From: Kondoa subrosea | Lineage: Eukaryota | Reading direction: 5' to 3' | Length of the DNA: 64,000 nucleotides | Assembly: GCA_039545335.1 (NCBI GenBank) | Contig: BCIN01000007.1 | Location: 1,108,530-1,172,529 of the forward strand | Shown here: piece by piece, positions 49,258 to 62,132 of the stretch | How positions within the stretch are numbered: position 1 is the stretch's first letter | Layout: every line of letters begins with the position of its first letter | Program-made: the position numbers and the translations under genes | The notes under the pieces: model-generated | Told to the model about the DNA's origin: nothing | Database searches by the model: none | What the model saw: the letters and a program-made list of their open reading frames with translations, nothing else

Positions 49258-51257
49258 TCACATCAGATTCGTAAGCTCTTTCGGAGCTGTTATATTACCA
49301 ACATCAGCAGGATTTACGTGAAGACATTCAGAGCCTACCTTTGCCTTCGTAAGCTATTTGATACACAGCGTTGAAGAGAGGGTACGCCTCTACTCTGTTC
49401 CGCGCTTGCAAGAACTTATGTACTTCTTTTGCAGTCTGTCCAGTGACGGAACCGCATTAGCAAATATTTTGCATGCAGTCAGCTCGACGGACCTCTGTTC
49501 CTTGTAGCTTCTGACCATTCAGTAACTCCTTCTCTATTTGTTCAAATGTCTATCGATCCCTCTATTAACCAGATATATCTAGTCGAAGCTGTAAGACTAT
49601 TTACCTTGCTACTATCTTTCGCAAAGGCTTCACCGCACTTCCTGTTCCGCCCTCCTAGACCTATTGCAGTGCATCAGAAATCGATCTTCCACAAATAGAA
49701 AGGTAGCCAACATGAAGTTATTAGATCGGCTACACCGCAGCTTTCTTCTACAAATGTGCCATCTTTGATATTCGAGAAGAATTCTGAAACATGCAAGCAA
49801 ATTCGAGCGTAAGACCATCATGATTGATCATTGAAGAAGAGGGCATACCTTTAGCGAATTCCTTCATTTCGAGCAGACCAATTCTCATGATTGCAGCTAG
49901 TAACAACTCAGCTTATGCATGACCCTCTTTGGGCGACCAACCTTTTGTATTGCTGCCGTATCTGTGAGAGAATACTGGAGCTGTCAGCTGAAAACCAGCT
50001 GACAAGCATATTCTGCTCACCCTAAGCCATCTGAAAAGCCAGCAGCGATAGCTACAACACTGTAATACGACACTGAAATTCAGTACTACAGTACTGCGGA
50101 GATCAATGCTGCCTTACTTCTTCAGGGCTCCGCAAAGACTGACGCCTTCGACATCGTCTATTAGGCTGACGCGGAAATTATGCGTGTGGAACAGCTTCTT
50201 CCACCTGTGCACGACAATTTGCTTCCAAGTCAGTAAAATGACAGCGAAAGCAAGTTGCTCGCACATTTCACCATCTGCTTTATTTCGGTAGCCTATCGTC
50301 GTTTCGGTAAAAGCATCTCGCGCGACTGTGAGCTCGTTGAGACTCTGCATCAGCATCATACTGATAGGTCGTATCTGGTGCTCACCCTCATCTGCAATGT
50401 TGGCTCCCGACAACGCGGAACAGCTGACGCCTAATTGTTCCTCGATCACATTCGCGAAGATGGAGATCTCGTTATCTTTTACTTCTACGCCCTGTCCGAT
50501 AGAACAATAATCAGCGAGGCTATGGCGCTAGACGATAAATCGTGCCGACCTTTATGAGTGAAATGCCTTTGGCACCTTTTCCTACTTTGCCTTTTATTTG
50601 CTGACAGGTTCTAGGTATGAACTGTTCATTCGTAATAACCTGAGTACGGAGTGTACACACCAGCTAGCAAAACGAACCTGATGCGGTAACACGAAGATCA
50701 GCGCTGTTGCTCCTTTCACAGCTTCTACTACGTCGCCAGTAGCTACGATGTTCCTAGAACCGCATTAGAGTAGCTTTGTTACTGGTGCGCAGAAAGACAT
50801 ACTCTGGCAACTTGACTCCAGGTAAGTATTTGGTATTCTCGTGCTGCTCATTGAATATATCGATCAGCGAGCGGCCTTCATGTTGTTCGTCAAAGACCCA
50901 GATCTGTCTTTCAACTTCAGAGGTATACAACGGAGTCAGGAGACTCTTTAATGAACCTTTACATCTTGTTCGAACATGTCAGAGTGCTTGATTACATTTT
51001 GACCAACGATGTGAGCTATAGCAGAGCCCTGTGCAAAAGGAACTGTACAATGAGCTGTGGAAACAGCCATCATCTTGATTCCACGCACCCAATTGCCAGA
51101 GCCTGGTAAAGAGCCAAGATTCAACTCGAGGAACAGTGCGCAAGGTGAGGAGCTGACCAACAATGGCTACTCTTTCTTTCACGGGCATAGTGCCAGCGGA
51201 CGATTGCAGATGAGATGCAATGGAAGATAGACGAGTCTGCATTCGACGTATGAGCAT
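49258..51257 (-). CDS. GPD1: NAD-dependent glycerol-3-phosphate dehydrogenase, ~17 exons
   Basis: [78 protein letters not shown]. Alternative in-frame starts at 51257, 51242 and 51188. Confidence 0.96.
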
Positions 51258-52165
51258 GAGCAAGCTACATTTTCAAGGTTGTCTCAGAGCGGCCATGTAG
51301 TGATTCATCAGCAACATCAGAGCGCAGTACAACGTAGCGAAGCTGGCCGTGCTGCGAGAGCGCGAGATCCGCATCTCAGGAGTCATTTGTGAAGACTTGC
51401 AATTAATTACTGTTTGCAGATCCTGCCTTGTTCGAGTTTCCATTGAGCCCTCTCTTGTGCTCCTGTACCATCATCTTCAGTTGTACTGTATTCCACTTTC
51501 ACATACGTTTCTTTTTCACGCATCTGCTTGCTATTGCTATACGCTCGGTGTCACTGCTGAAACAATAAGCCATCAACAAACGAAATGCTGCTGCTTCGCT
51601 TATCACGTTTTATTACGCTGGCTCCACGCAATCCCTTCCTCCGCCTGGCACAGACATCTGCAAAGAATCTGAAGCATTTGAGTTTCTTTGTCGCTTACAG
51701 TCAGCCTAATTGCAATGTCAACCTGTGCATTGTCTCCTCCGCACTGTTGAATTACATTGATAATACGGGAGCTGCGGATGATAACACGGGAGCTGAGAAA
51801 TACTCCACTGAACCCGGATGCTAGCATCATAGAAGGTGCCGTTACTCGAGCCAAAGCTGCTACCCCGTATTTTCTCTAGGCACTGAACCTCAATCTCTCA
51901 TTTGCTACAATACACCTGCACCTGCCATCCATATGCTTCTGATCGGTTGACCTCAGCATTGCATTGTTTCTGCTTTCAGATCTCGTTTGATACGCTCCTA
52001 GTTGCTTTTCGCCGCGGCCACAACTCTTCAAAGGTACTGCAATGTATATTTGGATTATGTGGTAGTATGGATAAATTATGAATGGAAAAAAGCATGGGGT
52101 TTACAAAATGAGGATGTATCATAGACGAAGAGAGAATACCATGACTATAAAGTATCGAACGAACC

Positions 52166-53367
52166 CTACCCAACCTTTGGACTTGAGAAACTAGGCGCTT
52201 GTTTCCTCAATGACTGGCTTCTTCTTGCGTAGCAAACGACCAAAGCGATGCAATAAGCCAGGCCTGAAATGAGGCACATCAGAAATATCAATCGGGTCGT
52301 TGTATCGTCATACCTTTTCTCCAACGCTCTCATAATATCTGCGAATCTCTGTTCATCCCTCTTATCCCTAGCCGCGAACTCTTCCTTAAAAGCCGCCCTC
52401 ATCTTTTCCAAATCAGCTTTGGTAGCCATATCCGCCCTCATCTTTTCCAAATCAGCTTTGCTAGCCATCTTCGCCAACTCTGCCTTAATATCCGCCCTCA
52501 TCTTTGCCAAATCAGCTTTGGTAGCCAAATGATCGAGCTCGGAAACTCGAGCTGCAGCTTTCTTGAAGTCACTGTCTAGCTGTTCAACCAGTGGGACGAG
52601 TTTTGCCAACTTTTCGTTAGTCTCGATGCTAGCTTCACTTTGCTTCTTGAGATCTGCTTTGAGTGAGTTGACATTATTCGAAATAGGTTCGAGATTTGCT
52701 ATGAGTGACTTGACATTATTCGAAGTGCTTTCAGATTCATTTTGAAGGTCGGACATTTTGGACCTTTCAATGGCAACCCAGCTTCTTACTTGTTCCGCAT
52801 CATGCCATGTTTGGACCAAACTAACGCCTTCGGGCGACAGGCCTAGAAAGTTCGTAAGGAGACGCTCGACACGTCGATCTAGTTCTCTCCTTATAAGCCT
52901 CTTCAACAAGGTAGTGACATCCGCGACAATGTCTTCTCTGAGGTTCAACATCGCAATGTTGTGAGCTGAGATTTGCTGCCGAAGCTGTGTCGCTTCATTT
53001 GCGGAGATGTTCGCCACGACTGTTGCAAGAAGACTTCAAGATCAGAGCCTGCGCTCAAGTATTGGAATGGAAATCTACCTTCCAATGGGGAATCGCTTCT
53101 ATCTTCCGACTGCGCATCGCTTGCGAAGTCCAGACCTATAACAAAGACCATCAGCTGTAGTCTGGCATGTCAGCCTGTAAGAGAGCGCACTGATTGGCCT
53201 GGCATTTGTCGCCCTGTATAAATAGACCTTGATGAGATCACAACATAAGGCAGCAGAGTGAGTTCTGGAGCTCACGATTCATCCGATGCAGCTATTGCGT
53301 GCGGCAGGTCCAAAGTAGAATTGGAAGCGTTAGAAATGCCAGTCGGAAGATCATTTGTCGAAGACAT
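52166..53367 (-). CDS. Coiled-coil protein with ATKADL repeats and a C-terminal TM anchor (DUF1640/CCDC90-like architecture)
   Basis: Three short 5' exons splice in phase (MSSTNDLP...DE|SATNARPI|SLDF...PLE|VVANIS) onto ORF 52166-53017. C-terminal TM segment LIFLMCLISGLAYCIALVVCY. The 3' end is uncertain. Confidence 0.68.
52393..52527. repeat. Three near-identical 36-nt coding repeats
   Basis: ccgccctcatcttt(t/g)ccaaatcagctttg(g/c)tagcca at 52393, 52432 and 52492. A second ~23-nt repeat with 42-nt period lies at ~52660 and ~52702. Confidence 0.92.
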
Positions 53368-53663
53368 TTCAACTCAAAGACCTGAGCTCGCAATGAGCGC
53401 CTGCGACCTGAGCGCGGTGATCAAGCAGCTACCGTACAGCCTGTGCTGGCTGAAGCAGACCGTCAGGGAAGTTGTCTTGCGCGTTTGGGAACAACTTGGA
53501 AGTACAAAATGCAGTATGACTTGCTGAACTCAAACGATGAATCTCGATTAGCTTACTGCTAGCGCCGCTGCTGCCCATAGCAGGAGAAAATCGTACATTG
53601 AAGGCTTGCTTCGATCAGAATCTATATAAATACAAAGTCCACCTTCTCCTGTCATTCGCGCTC

Positions 53664-56600
53664 TCAAAGGACCTCATCCATATCGACGTCAATCACATTC
53701 GAACTCTTGGTACCGGAAGTACGACGCGATCCAGTCTTCTCCTTCTCAGTATCGTAACGGACCTTGATTCCTTGCTCTTGCCCTAGAGCCATCTTTTGCT
53801 GAACTTGCTTGACTTTTTCAGCTTCGGTATCGATGACTTGCTTCAACGCAGCACCTATGTAGCAGCATAAGCTCAGGGTTGTGAGAGAAGAATGAACACC
53901 CACGAAGTGCGATGGTTCTTGTATCTGGTGCTTGATCGCTGTGTTCCCAAAGCCCCATAAAATAATCTTCAACAATAGCAAGACAATCATCAGAATCCCT
54001 ATAGCATTATCAGCGCTGTCATGCATTAAGCAATCGATACTCACTTATCTAGTACCTCCTGCACCTGTTTAGTAATCTTGCGACACGTCTTGGTAATTTT
54101 CTTTCCTACAGCGATGAACATATCATCTTTTCAATCGCATTAATCATAGTACTGAATGGTCGCATTAGCCATCAGAAAGGACGGAAGGACATCTGCAAGT
54201 ACTCACTTCTTCATTCTTGCACTGGAACCTGTTCCGTGCTGAGCACTTGATTCAAAGTATGCTTCACTGAGAGCTTCTTGAATCATTGGAGTAAGTAATC
54301 GAGCTGTAAGAAGTATATACTGTCAGATCTGACAGGGTTCAGGTCGTACCGGAATTACTCACAAGCTTCTTTCTGTTGTTCACCAATGTATACAACCAGC
54401 CCATCAACCAACTGAAGGGTTCGGTTCTCCAGTGCATCTTTGGCTGATCGTGCAGTAAGAGCAGCTTGATCATCGATGTTCGAAGATGCAGAAGTAACGG
54501 CTCGTGATAATCGATCAACAGCGGCTAAGAGTTTGTCGTTATACCCTCGAACAAATTGTTCAGGCCTGGTGAAGCCTCGTTCTGTTGGAAAGGATTAGCC
54601 AAATTGCATGAAAGTCTGATCGCGCTTACCCCAGGAGGCAGAAAGAACATCAAGCTGCGGCTTGCAAATCAACTCATTGAAATCTTGAGGGCCCTCTGCA
54701 CGTTTCCGCTAAGTATATGGTCAAGACGAAGGCCGCAAAACTGACTGGAACCGCAGAAGACACCATTTCGTCGGACCGTAGCTCTGTAAGTCATCTACAT
54801 ACAGTACTTTCAGTAGCTGGACAAGCAGAAAGCGAAGTCACTCACCCAATGCATTCCGCTAGTATGAGAGACATCGGTAATAGAGGCAACAGCACTTTTG
54901 GCAGCCAATCTAGCTCCCTCTTCGAGCTTTTCGCCAATAGAGATGTTCAACATGTCTTTACTTTGAATGGTCAAGTCCTCGACCAAAGTATGCAAATTCC
55001 CAGAGACGTTCTCCAACTCATCATCGAACTGCATGAGCGTCAGTTTGGCCTAGCATCGCGTCTATAGTGGAAAAGTACCGCAACACGCATAGACTCGGCT
55101 TCGGTAGCTGCTTTGCCATCGCCGACAGGTAGAGGCTAATAGAGGCGCACAAATCGCGAAGATCTTTCAACTGTTTGATGTGATCAGCGACACCACACAG
55201 AACAGATGCTTGGCATACAATGTTTTGCGCACGAATCAATCGAGGCTTCTCTGTCAGATTGATTGTATGGTCTTGCAGCTGAGGAATTTCGGTCTTGAAG
55301 CAATGTCAGACAAGGTACCCTTGCTTGGGGAGACTTACATCTTCTTCCTTGTCGAAAGTAGTACTCTTGCCATCATCTTTGATCAACTTCTTGATCTTGG
55401 CATACTCTGCTCGTGGATGTCAGCTCTAGAGTAAAGCTGAGCGGGAATACGTTTCACCTCTTGAGGATACACAAAACACTGGAAGATTAATGGCGTCATA
55501 GTCTCGTCGAGCGACATCTGGATTGAAAGTGTCTGGATTTTCGTGTTCAGCCTGTTCGTCGTCGAGTTGTCTAATACCAGAACGGAAGTCTTCGGCTGTG
55601 TAGTAACGCATTAGCCTGGTACTGTCTCCTGGAGGTCATGTTTACCCAAAGCTGCCTTGGAGTAGTTGTTTCTAGCAATAGCACACATCATGCGCTTCTC
55701 GCGATCCAAAACATCAGCTTTCTTCTCGTTTGCAGTGATCTTGATGGAGACCCTGCTCGCACTTCAGCATGAGGTGAGACACGGAGACTAAGACCCACTC
55801 ATTCTCGACAGCCTTCTTGTCTCTTTTGGTTTGTCTTGCATCCTTTTGAGCTTGCTTCTTCTCCTTCAAGACCTCTTGCAATTTCTCAAGAGACCAGCTC
55901 TTGATGTTCTTTGCAGGTAAAGTATCGATGATCTCGAGATCGCTATCAGATGCTTCTTCCTCGTACTCCTCTTCATCGCTGTCTTCCTCTTCTGGACTCA
56001 CTGAGTTGGAAGAAGACAACTCATCTCCTCCTCAGAATCGGAATCAGATTTACGCGACTTCTTGCTCTTTTTGCCTTTCTTGGCGCTGCAAGATTTTCAA
56101 ATTTGGCATAGAAAGGTAATGGCAAGCAACTTACGCAGCCTTACGTTTCTTGCTATTACCTCCTCCGTTCTTCTTTTTCTTCAAAGCAGCTTTCTCAGCT
56201 TTGCTCACATAATCTTTGCCATCCTCTTTCGCTTCAACCCGTTCTTCAAACTCGGTCACTTGATCTTCTGCTCGTTCATGTTCTTTCGCAGCGGTCTTCG
56301 ATTCAGCTTTAGCTTTCTTCAAATCGATCTTAAGTTGCTTCTTATTCGTGGTCAGGGTATCGAGCTTGTCATCTATATCTTCGAACTTGGATTGCATCTT
56401 CAAGCTCCTGATGATCTCGCCAACGGACAATTCGTCTGACTTTGTAGTAATGAAGGTCACGACGTCCAAATTGCCGTCCATTTCTGTTTGCGAACAAAAC
56501 TTTGAGCAAATGTAGATCTTCACATCTCAGAATAGTGCAACTAACGCAACTGCCTCTTGAAAGTTTCGCCCAAAAGCTCCTTTGCGGCTCCATCTGCAGG

Positions 56601-58377
56601 ACCTCATTCAGAACCTCAATAGATCATACCTAGGATGCACGAACCGTCGACCGCTCGATTCTGAGAAGCAACGACATAGACAGCGTTTGCTTGCTGCATG
56701 TAATTGCGGGCAATAATAGCACGAGCAGCATCTGTGCATTCGAAATCATGCGCTTAGCAAGGAACCTTACAAGAAATACGATGTCAACGCACTGGAATCA
56801 GCTACACCCTGTTTAACAAACAATCAATCGATCAATCGATGTAGGCATCGCATTTCGAAAAAGGGACATACAGGTAAATCGACGATAGTTGCTCCACTCG
56901 CTAAAGCCCTAGCTTTCACACTATATCAATGGCCAGATCAGCTCTCTACAGCCATGCGATCACACTTATAGAGTCGAAAAGGACATACGAAACTGATACT
57001 TTCTTAATCAAAGGCCAATACTCCGTCTCTTGCGCTTCTCGTTCCGCAGCAGTTCTCTTAAAAGGGGATTGACCCTTCTTTCGTTTACCTAAATCTTTCT
57101 CTTTCGAATCGATGTATTTCCCAATCTTGCGCGCAAACTCTTTGCTAGTCGTTGCGGTGATAGTAATGGTTGTGCCTAGATGAGTTTTGGCAATCCCGAG
57201 TTTCATGAGCTCGTCAACTGAGCAATCGCTGAAATTGCGTCCGTCTTCAGCTCGTTGATGTAGGTTCCTGTATGTTCACACAAAGTTCAGACATGGATCT
57301 TCTTGATGATGCTTAGAACATACCAGTAGACACCTCTGACAATCACTAATGGTTAGCAAGCTCACTGCAACTAGGCTCATAGAAACGTACTTCACTTTCT
57401 GCCAAGCGATTCCTAATCACACGAAGCATCAATCCTAAAACTTACTCAGTAGGATATCAAAGACACACCAGCTTCCGAATTTGGATCCGTAACGCTTCTT
57501 AGGACACCATCATCATTGATCAAATCATCTCTCAGAATTTCGAGTTCCCTTCTCCACTCCTCAGCACTAAGGAATTCGATTTCCGCTTTGATTGAAGGTG
57601 AATCATGGTACGAGATTTCAGTCACCACCTGTAGATATACAACAATGACAAAAGAGAGAGGAAGAAGAGAAGAGGAAACATACGGAAGTACATGCTCGCA
57701 TGCAATTGGTGGTACAAGCTATCATAAGAAATCAGCAGATGAAGGAAAGTCAGAGCGAGAGAGAAACTACATTATCCGAGTCAACTATGCTTGCCAATGT
57801 GAGGTTTGCAAAAGAAGAATACGACTAAGAACCTACGTAAAGCATTGACTGAAGAACGTTTTTCGTCAAGTCCTCAACATCATGTGATGAAAGGATAGAC
57901 TTACTCATTGACGATTTTCCTGCGCCAGTAGAGCCGCACACAGCTATCAGAGTCTTGTTGCTAGCGGCTAACTTGTCTTGAAACTTCTTGACATCTTTAT
58001 GCCAATTACTCAACCCTGCTCTTTCGTCTCAGTATTTTCATTTGTCCTAGTATGGACGGTGAAGCTACTTTGCGTAGAGACGTTTCGACCGAAGTTCTCA
58101 GCTTGCAATACTCCAGAAATGTTAGAAAGTAGATCTTTTGCTTGAGCCAACGCAGTCTGAGTAGCGATCGCTTCTTCTTCAGTAATACTCTTGATCTCAT
58201 CTATAAGTCCCATCTTATCAGCGATCAATCTATCACAAATTACGCGCGTGAGTTCTCACCTTCGCCTTGTATCACTATAGGTTTATGGGAATCAAAGCTA
58301 TCTTCTAATTTGGGTTCCACTTTCGCGTAGCTACGTGATGGACCAGCAGTAGGAGGAGGAGCGACAAGAGCGGCCAT
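53664..58377 (-). CDS. Dynamin-superfamily GTPase, SLIP-GC-like, >20 exons; frameshifted as assembled (possible pseudogene)
   Basis: G1 VCGSTGAGKSSM|INAL|LD; TNCMRACTS|VVTEISY; YWPLIKKV; G3 IVDLP|GVADS; G4 FITTKSD. At least two exons are 1 nt short of the required phase. Confidence 0.82.
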
Positions 58378-58731
58378 GCCTATTCATATGAACGCGTTTC
58401 CCAGTCAAATTGCAAGAAATAACAAGTGTTGAAAAATTCACGAGTCAATTCATCCTCATAAGGGTCTTGCTTGGAATATGTCATGCCTGTCTAGGCAGCG
58501 CGAGTTGAATGACCTTGAAGAGTCGCGGTATACAGAGGAAAAAAATAAAGCGACAGGTTGACTGAAATCCATCACTTCGTTGTTCTCCTGCCTCTGCTTC
58601 TTTCGTACTCGCGTGGGACATTTTCTCGACACGAAGGAATAGTAGAGGGCAGATTGAAGGGAACGAGGGCACTGAGCTTGGCCGATTTTCTGTCAATCCT
58701 CTACATCACCCTGGCTTGCTACTAGACTGCA

Positions 58732-59203
58732 ATGTCTTCCCTAGCGCCTTATGTAGACAGTGCGTCCTTTCGTCTCTCCACATTTAGTCCCGCTCATGCC
58801 ATTTTCTTTCGATTTTCTGCAGAAAAGGTATTAGTGATAACTCATGATGGTAGAACAATAGTAGTGAGTCGTCCCACTCCATTCACTGTATCAGATCTAC
58901 AACAATGTTTTGTCTCCGATTGAAGGGCACGCTGCAGGGATTCGACCAAACTACAAATGTCATTTTATCAGATTCGACGGAGAGGATTTACAGCATGGAA
59001 GAAGGAGTTGAAGAAGCTCCTTTAGGGTTATACATTGTCAGGGGTGATAATATGTGCGTCTTTCCTTCTCTTATCTACTCGACAAAATGCTAAAATAGTA
59101 AGGTAATCACAGAGTAATGATTGGGGAAATAGACGTCGAACTGGACGCTAAAACGGATCTGGCAACGATAAGAGCAGAACCAATTCAGGAAATCGTAGTG
59201 TAA
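58732..59203 (+). CDS. LSM8: U6 snRNA-associated Sm-like protein Lsm8
   Basis: MSSLAPYVD|KKVLVITHDGRTIV|GTLQGFDQTTNVILS...LGLYIVRGDN|IVMIGEID...IRAEPI. Confidence 0.94.
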
Positions 59204-59351
59204 GCACGACCTAACTTTGGCAAAGAGGAAAATGTATATATGGCGATAAACTCGAAACGATTTCGCATGCGATATGAGACAACGCTATGCAGGGATGACG
59301 AGTATGAACAACTACTAAACTAATATGAAAGGGGATGGCCTATTCTATGTC

Positions 59352-61738
59352 CTAGTAAGGATTGTATGCTTCGTAGAAGCCTTGTTCTCGTTCATAGTCA
59401 TGCAGGATAGTAGCGGCATGAGCTTCAGATCGAGGTGTAATAACGCATTTGAATGGTTGAGGTGCAGTCAAGTGACCGGCTGTAAGCATGGACAACCGCA
59501 CAATGAGCATAGTCTCACTGCAAGCGGCCTTCAACTCACGAATATAATGGTCCGCCGAGACTGGGATCATATTTCCAGCATCATCGTATGCTCTTTTAAA
59601 GTCGAAAGCCCAAAAGAGTTTGGATACAGTGATATCAAGTGAATTCTGTGCCATCTTGATTCCGTTGCCTGAAGTCAAAGCATTGAGTAAGCCTTTTCCC
59701 GGCAAGAAGAAAGTATCGACTTACAAATACGTCGCCCACTACCGAATCCAAGGGTGTTCCTGAAGCCTTCTTCGACTAATCCTTCCTTCAAACCGAATTT
59801 ATGAGTCAAGAATCGTTCAGGTCTGAATTCATCTGGTGCGTCGTAGATTCTTTCATCGTGCAGAATACCCCAAGTGTTCTGTATCAGGATAGTTCCCGCC
59901 TATAGAATGCCTCAGAGCTGAATTTGCGGCAATGCCGGGTGTTCGGCTCACAGGTATTTCATATCCATCGTATTCTTGAGCTTCTGTTGTATAATGAGGT
60001 ACGCCAGCATTTGCAGTAGGTCTCCATCGTTGAACCTGCTGAAATATCAGCGACACACTAATGTCTTTAAACGAATGGTTTTGACCTCAAGCAAGAAAGC
60101 GGAAGTGTAAGGCAGGTTGACCATATCGGATAGAGTAGGACTTCGCTCAGCTCCTCCAGTAGCAGCATCAATCTCAGCTTGACATTTGATGACTCTGTCA
60201 AGCATATATCAGAGAATGTTTGAAGCGATGTTTAGTACCAAGACACACTTTTCCGGATGAAGGACAGCGGCGAGAAGAACGCCTAGAAGAGCAGACTGTA
60301 GATTTGTGAGCTTAGTCATGCCGTAGGGATCATTAAAAGTACCGATGTAGTGTCACTTCCACCTTCCATCATGATGCCTCTGCGGAATAAAGTTAGCCAG
60401 ATGGCATCCTGTCACAGAGAGGAGCTCACCCTTGCCAAGCTACTGTAGCTCTATCAAAAGGTAGCTGTTCAGCCTTCAACCGGTGCAGCACTGAGCGGAA
60501 ATCAATTGACTGTTGGGAGCTTCGCAAGAACATGAAACCCACTTTCTTCCATCCAACAATGGTTGCCTTTACCAGCAGCGACTCTCATTTGTAGTTCCTG
60601 GAAGAGACAGTTGATGTACAGGTCGTGCATCTCGTTCTTGATTTCGTCTGCATCTTTTTGCCAAGTCTGCATGAATTTGGGTAGCCTCTTGATCCATGGT
60701 AACAAGTCCACTGTGCACTCCTATCAGCCTGAATCGCATGAGAGGACTGTGGTGTTTGCTTACTTGGAGGAGTGGTTCCGGGCTGAAGAACAGGATCAGC
60801 ACAGCGACAGTCCAGGCAGAGTATAGCTCACCTCTAGCATATGGTTGAAGCGAAGTTGTGTTTCGTAGAATCGTTTGAGTGAGAACCCACTCTTGTCGAC
60901 TTGGTCGAACGAAGGTGCTCTTTTACCAAAAGTGAAAGCGAGAGTCAAACTACCAGAGTAGCGTCGCATTTCAGCATAGAAATCTTCTGGTCTGCGTAGA
61001 ATATTGTATAGTACTGCTGTTGCTTCTGCATGCTGGATTGGAAGGTAGCTTTCGAAAGCGGAAGGGTTCAGACCGGCATTGTACACTGTGAATTAATCAG
61101 CTGGTTTGTACAGGACCTGAACGTATATACGGACTTGTTCGTTTCATCAGACTTGCAGTCGGACCATCAGCAAGCAGCATATGTTTTCCTTCAGTGATAT
61201 AAGTAGCTGTAACATGGGCTCTGCACATAGAACATGAGCAATGATCACAATCGAAGTGGGACAGCCGAACGGAGGTCTGTTGCTTGAGCTTTTTGCAGCT
61301 GGCCTAGACATCAGCGATATGTTTACAATGCAGTAAGACTAGTACTGACCCAAGTCCATAACATCCTTGACAGTCTTCGCATCATTGAGGATAACCATGT
61401 TCTTATCAAAGAGCTTGAGGCTGACAATCTTGCCATATTTGCGCTGCATTAGGCCATATCAAACATGTATCTATAGGACGCGTTGAGCAAATGCACTGAC
61501 TCCTAATTCTGTGAACTTGAGATGAGGATTCTTAGGTGGTAAGTCTAAAAGGTTGCCAAGGAGAGGGATGGTTGGTGGCTAGACATATCAATGAGCGCGT
61601 CTACAGAGCAAGTAAAAGAGGCTCACTTACGCCAGGAGGTAAACGTTTCCCTCGTGCTGCGAATGAAAAGACGCGATAAGCAGCAAAGCTGAAGAGAGCT
61701 ACCAAAGCGACGAGTGTGGAAGGATCAATATGTAGCAT
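59352..61738 (-). CDS. Cytochrome P450, intact, multi-exon
   Basis: N-terminal anchor with LPPG|PPTIPLLGNL, I-helix EGGSDTT, E|VQR (ExxR), FRPERF, and heme motif FGSGRRI|CNG. All exons checked are in phase. Confidence 0.93.
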
Positions 61739-62132
61739 TGTTATCTTTATGTCAAGGGAAAGTCGTCAGAAGAAAGAGGAAGAACTTGAAGCAGGAACAC
61801 TTTGTAGTCTAGGAGATAGAGGAGAGAGGCCGAGAACTGCCCAAGTTCGACTAGCTTGCCGATTTTGGGAAAAGGGAAGGGGTGGTAAATCATGCACATT
61901 CCGTATAGGAAGCGCGTAGTCAGCGGAACGCTGCGGAGGTAAAGTAGAGCACAGCAATTCATTAGCGGAAAGTCAAATGACGAAACTCGTCCAATGATAT
62001 TAATGATAAAGGACAAGGCAAATTAATGTTGGAAATTAAGCGGCGAGGAGAGCACTGTGCAAATGTTTGGGTATAGCTAAATGAGATTGTACAATGCTAG
62101 ATAACAGAACTGAAGCAGAAAATGCCCATCAA

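Noticed and set aside
51585..51824. ORF with a mitochondrial-presequence-like start and a short duplicated ATAA(T/C)ACGGGAGCTG
   Set aside because: Short, with no domain and no convincing splice continuation.
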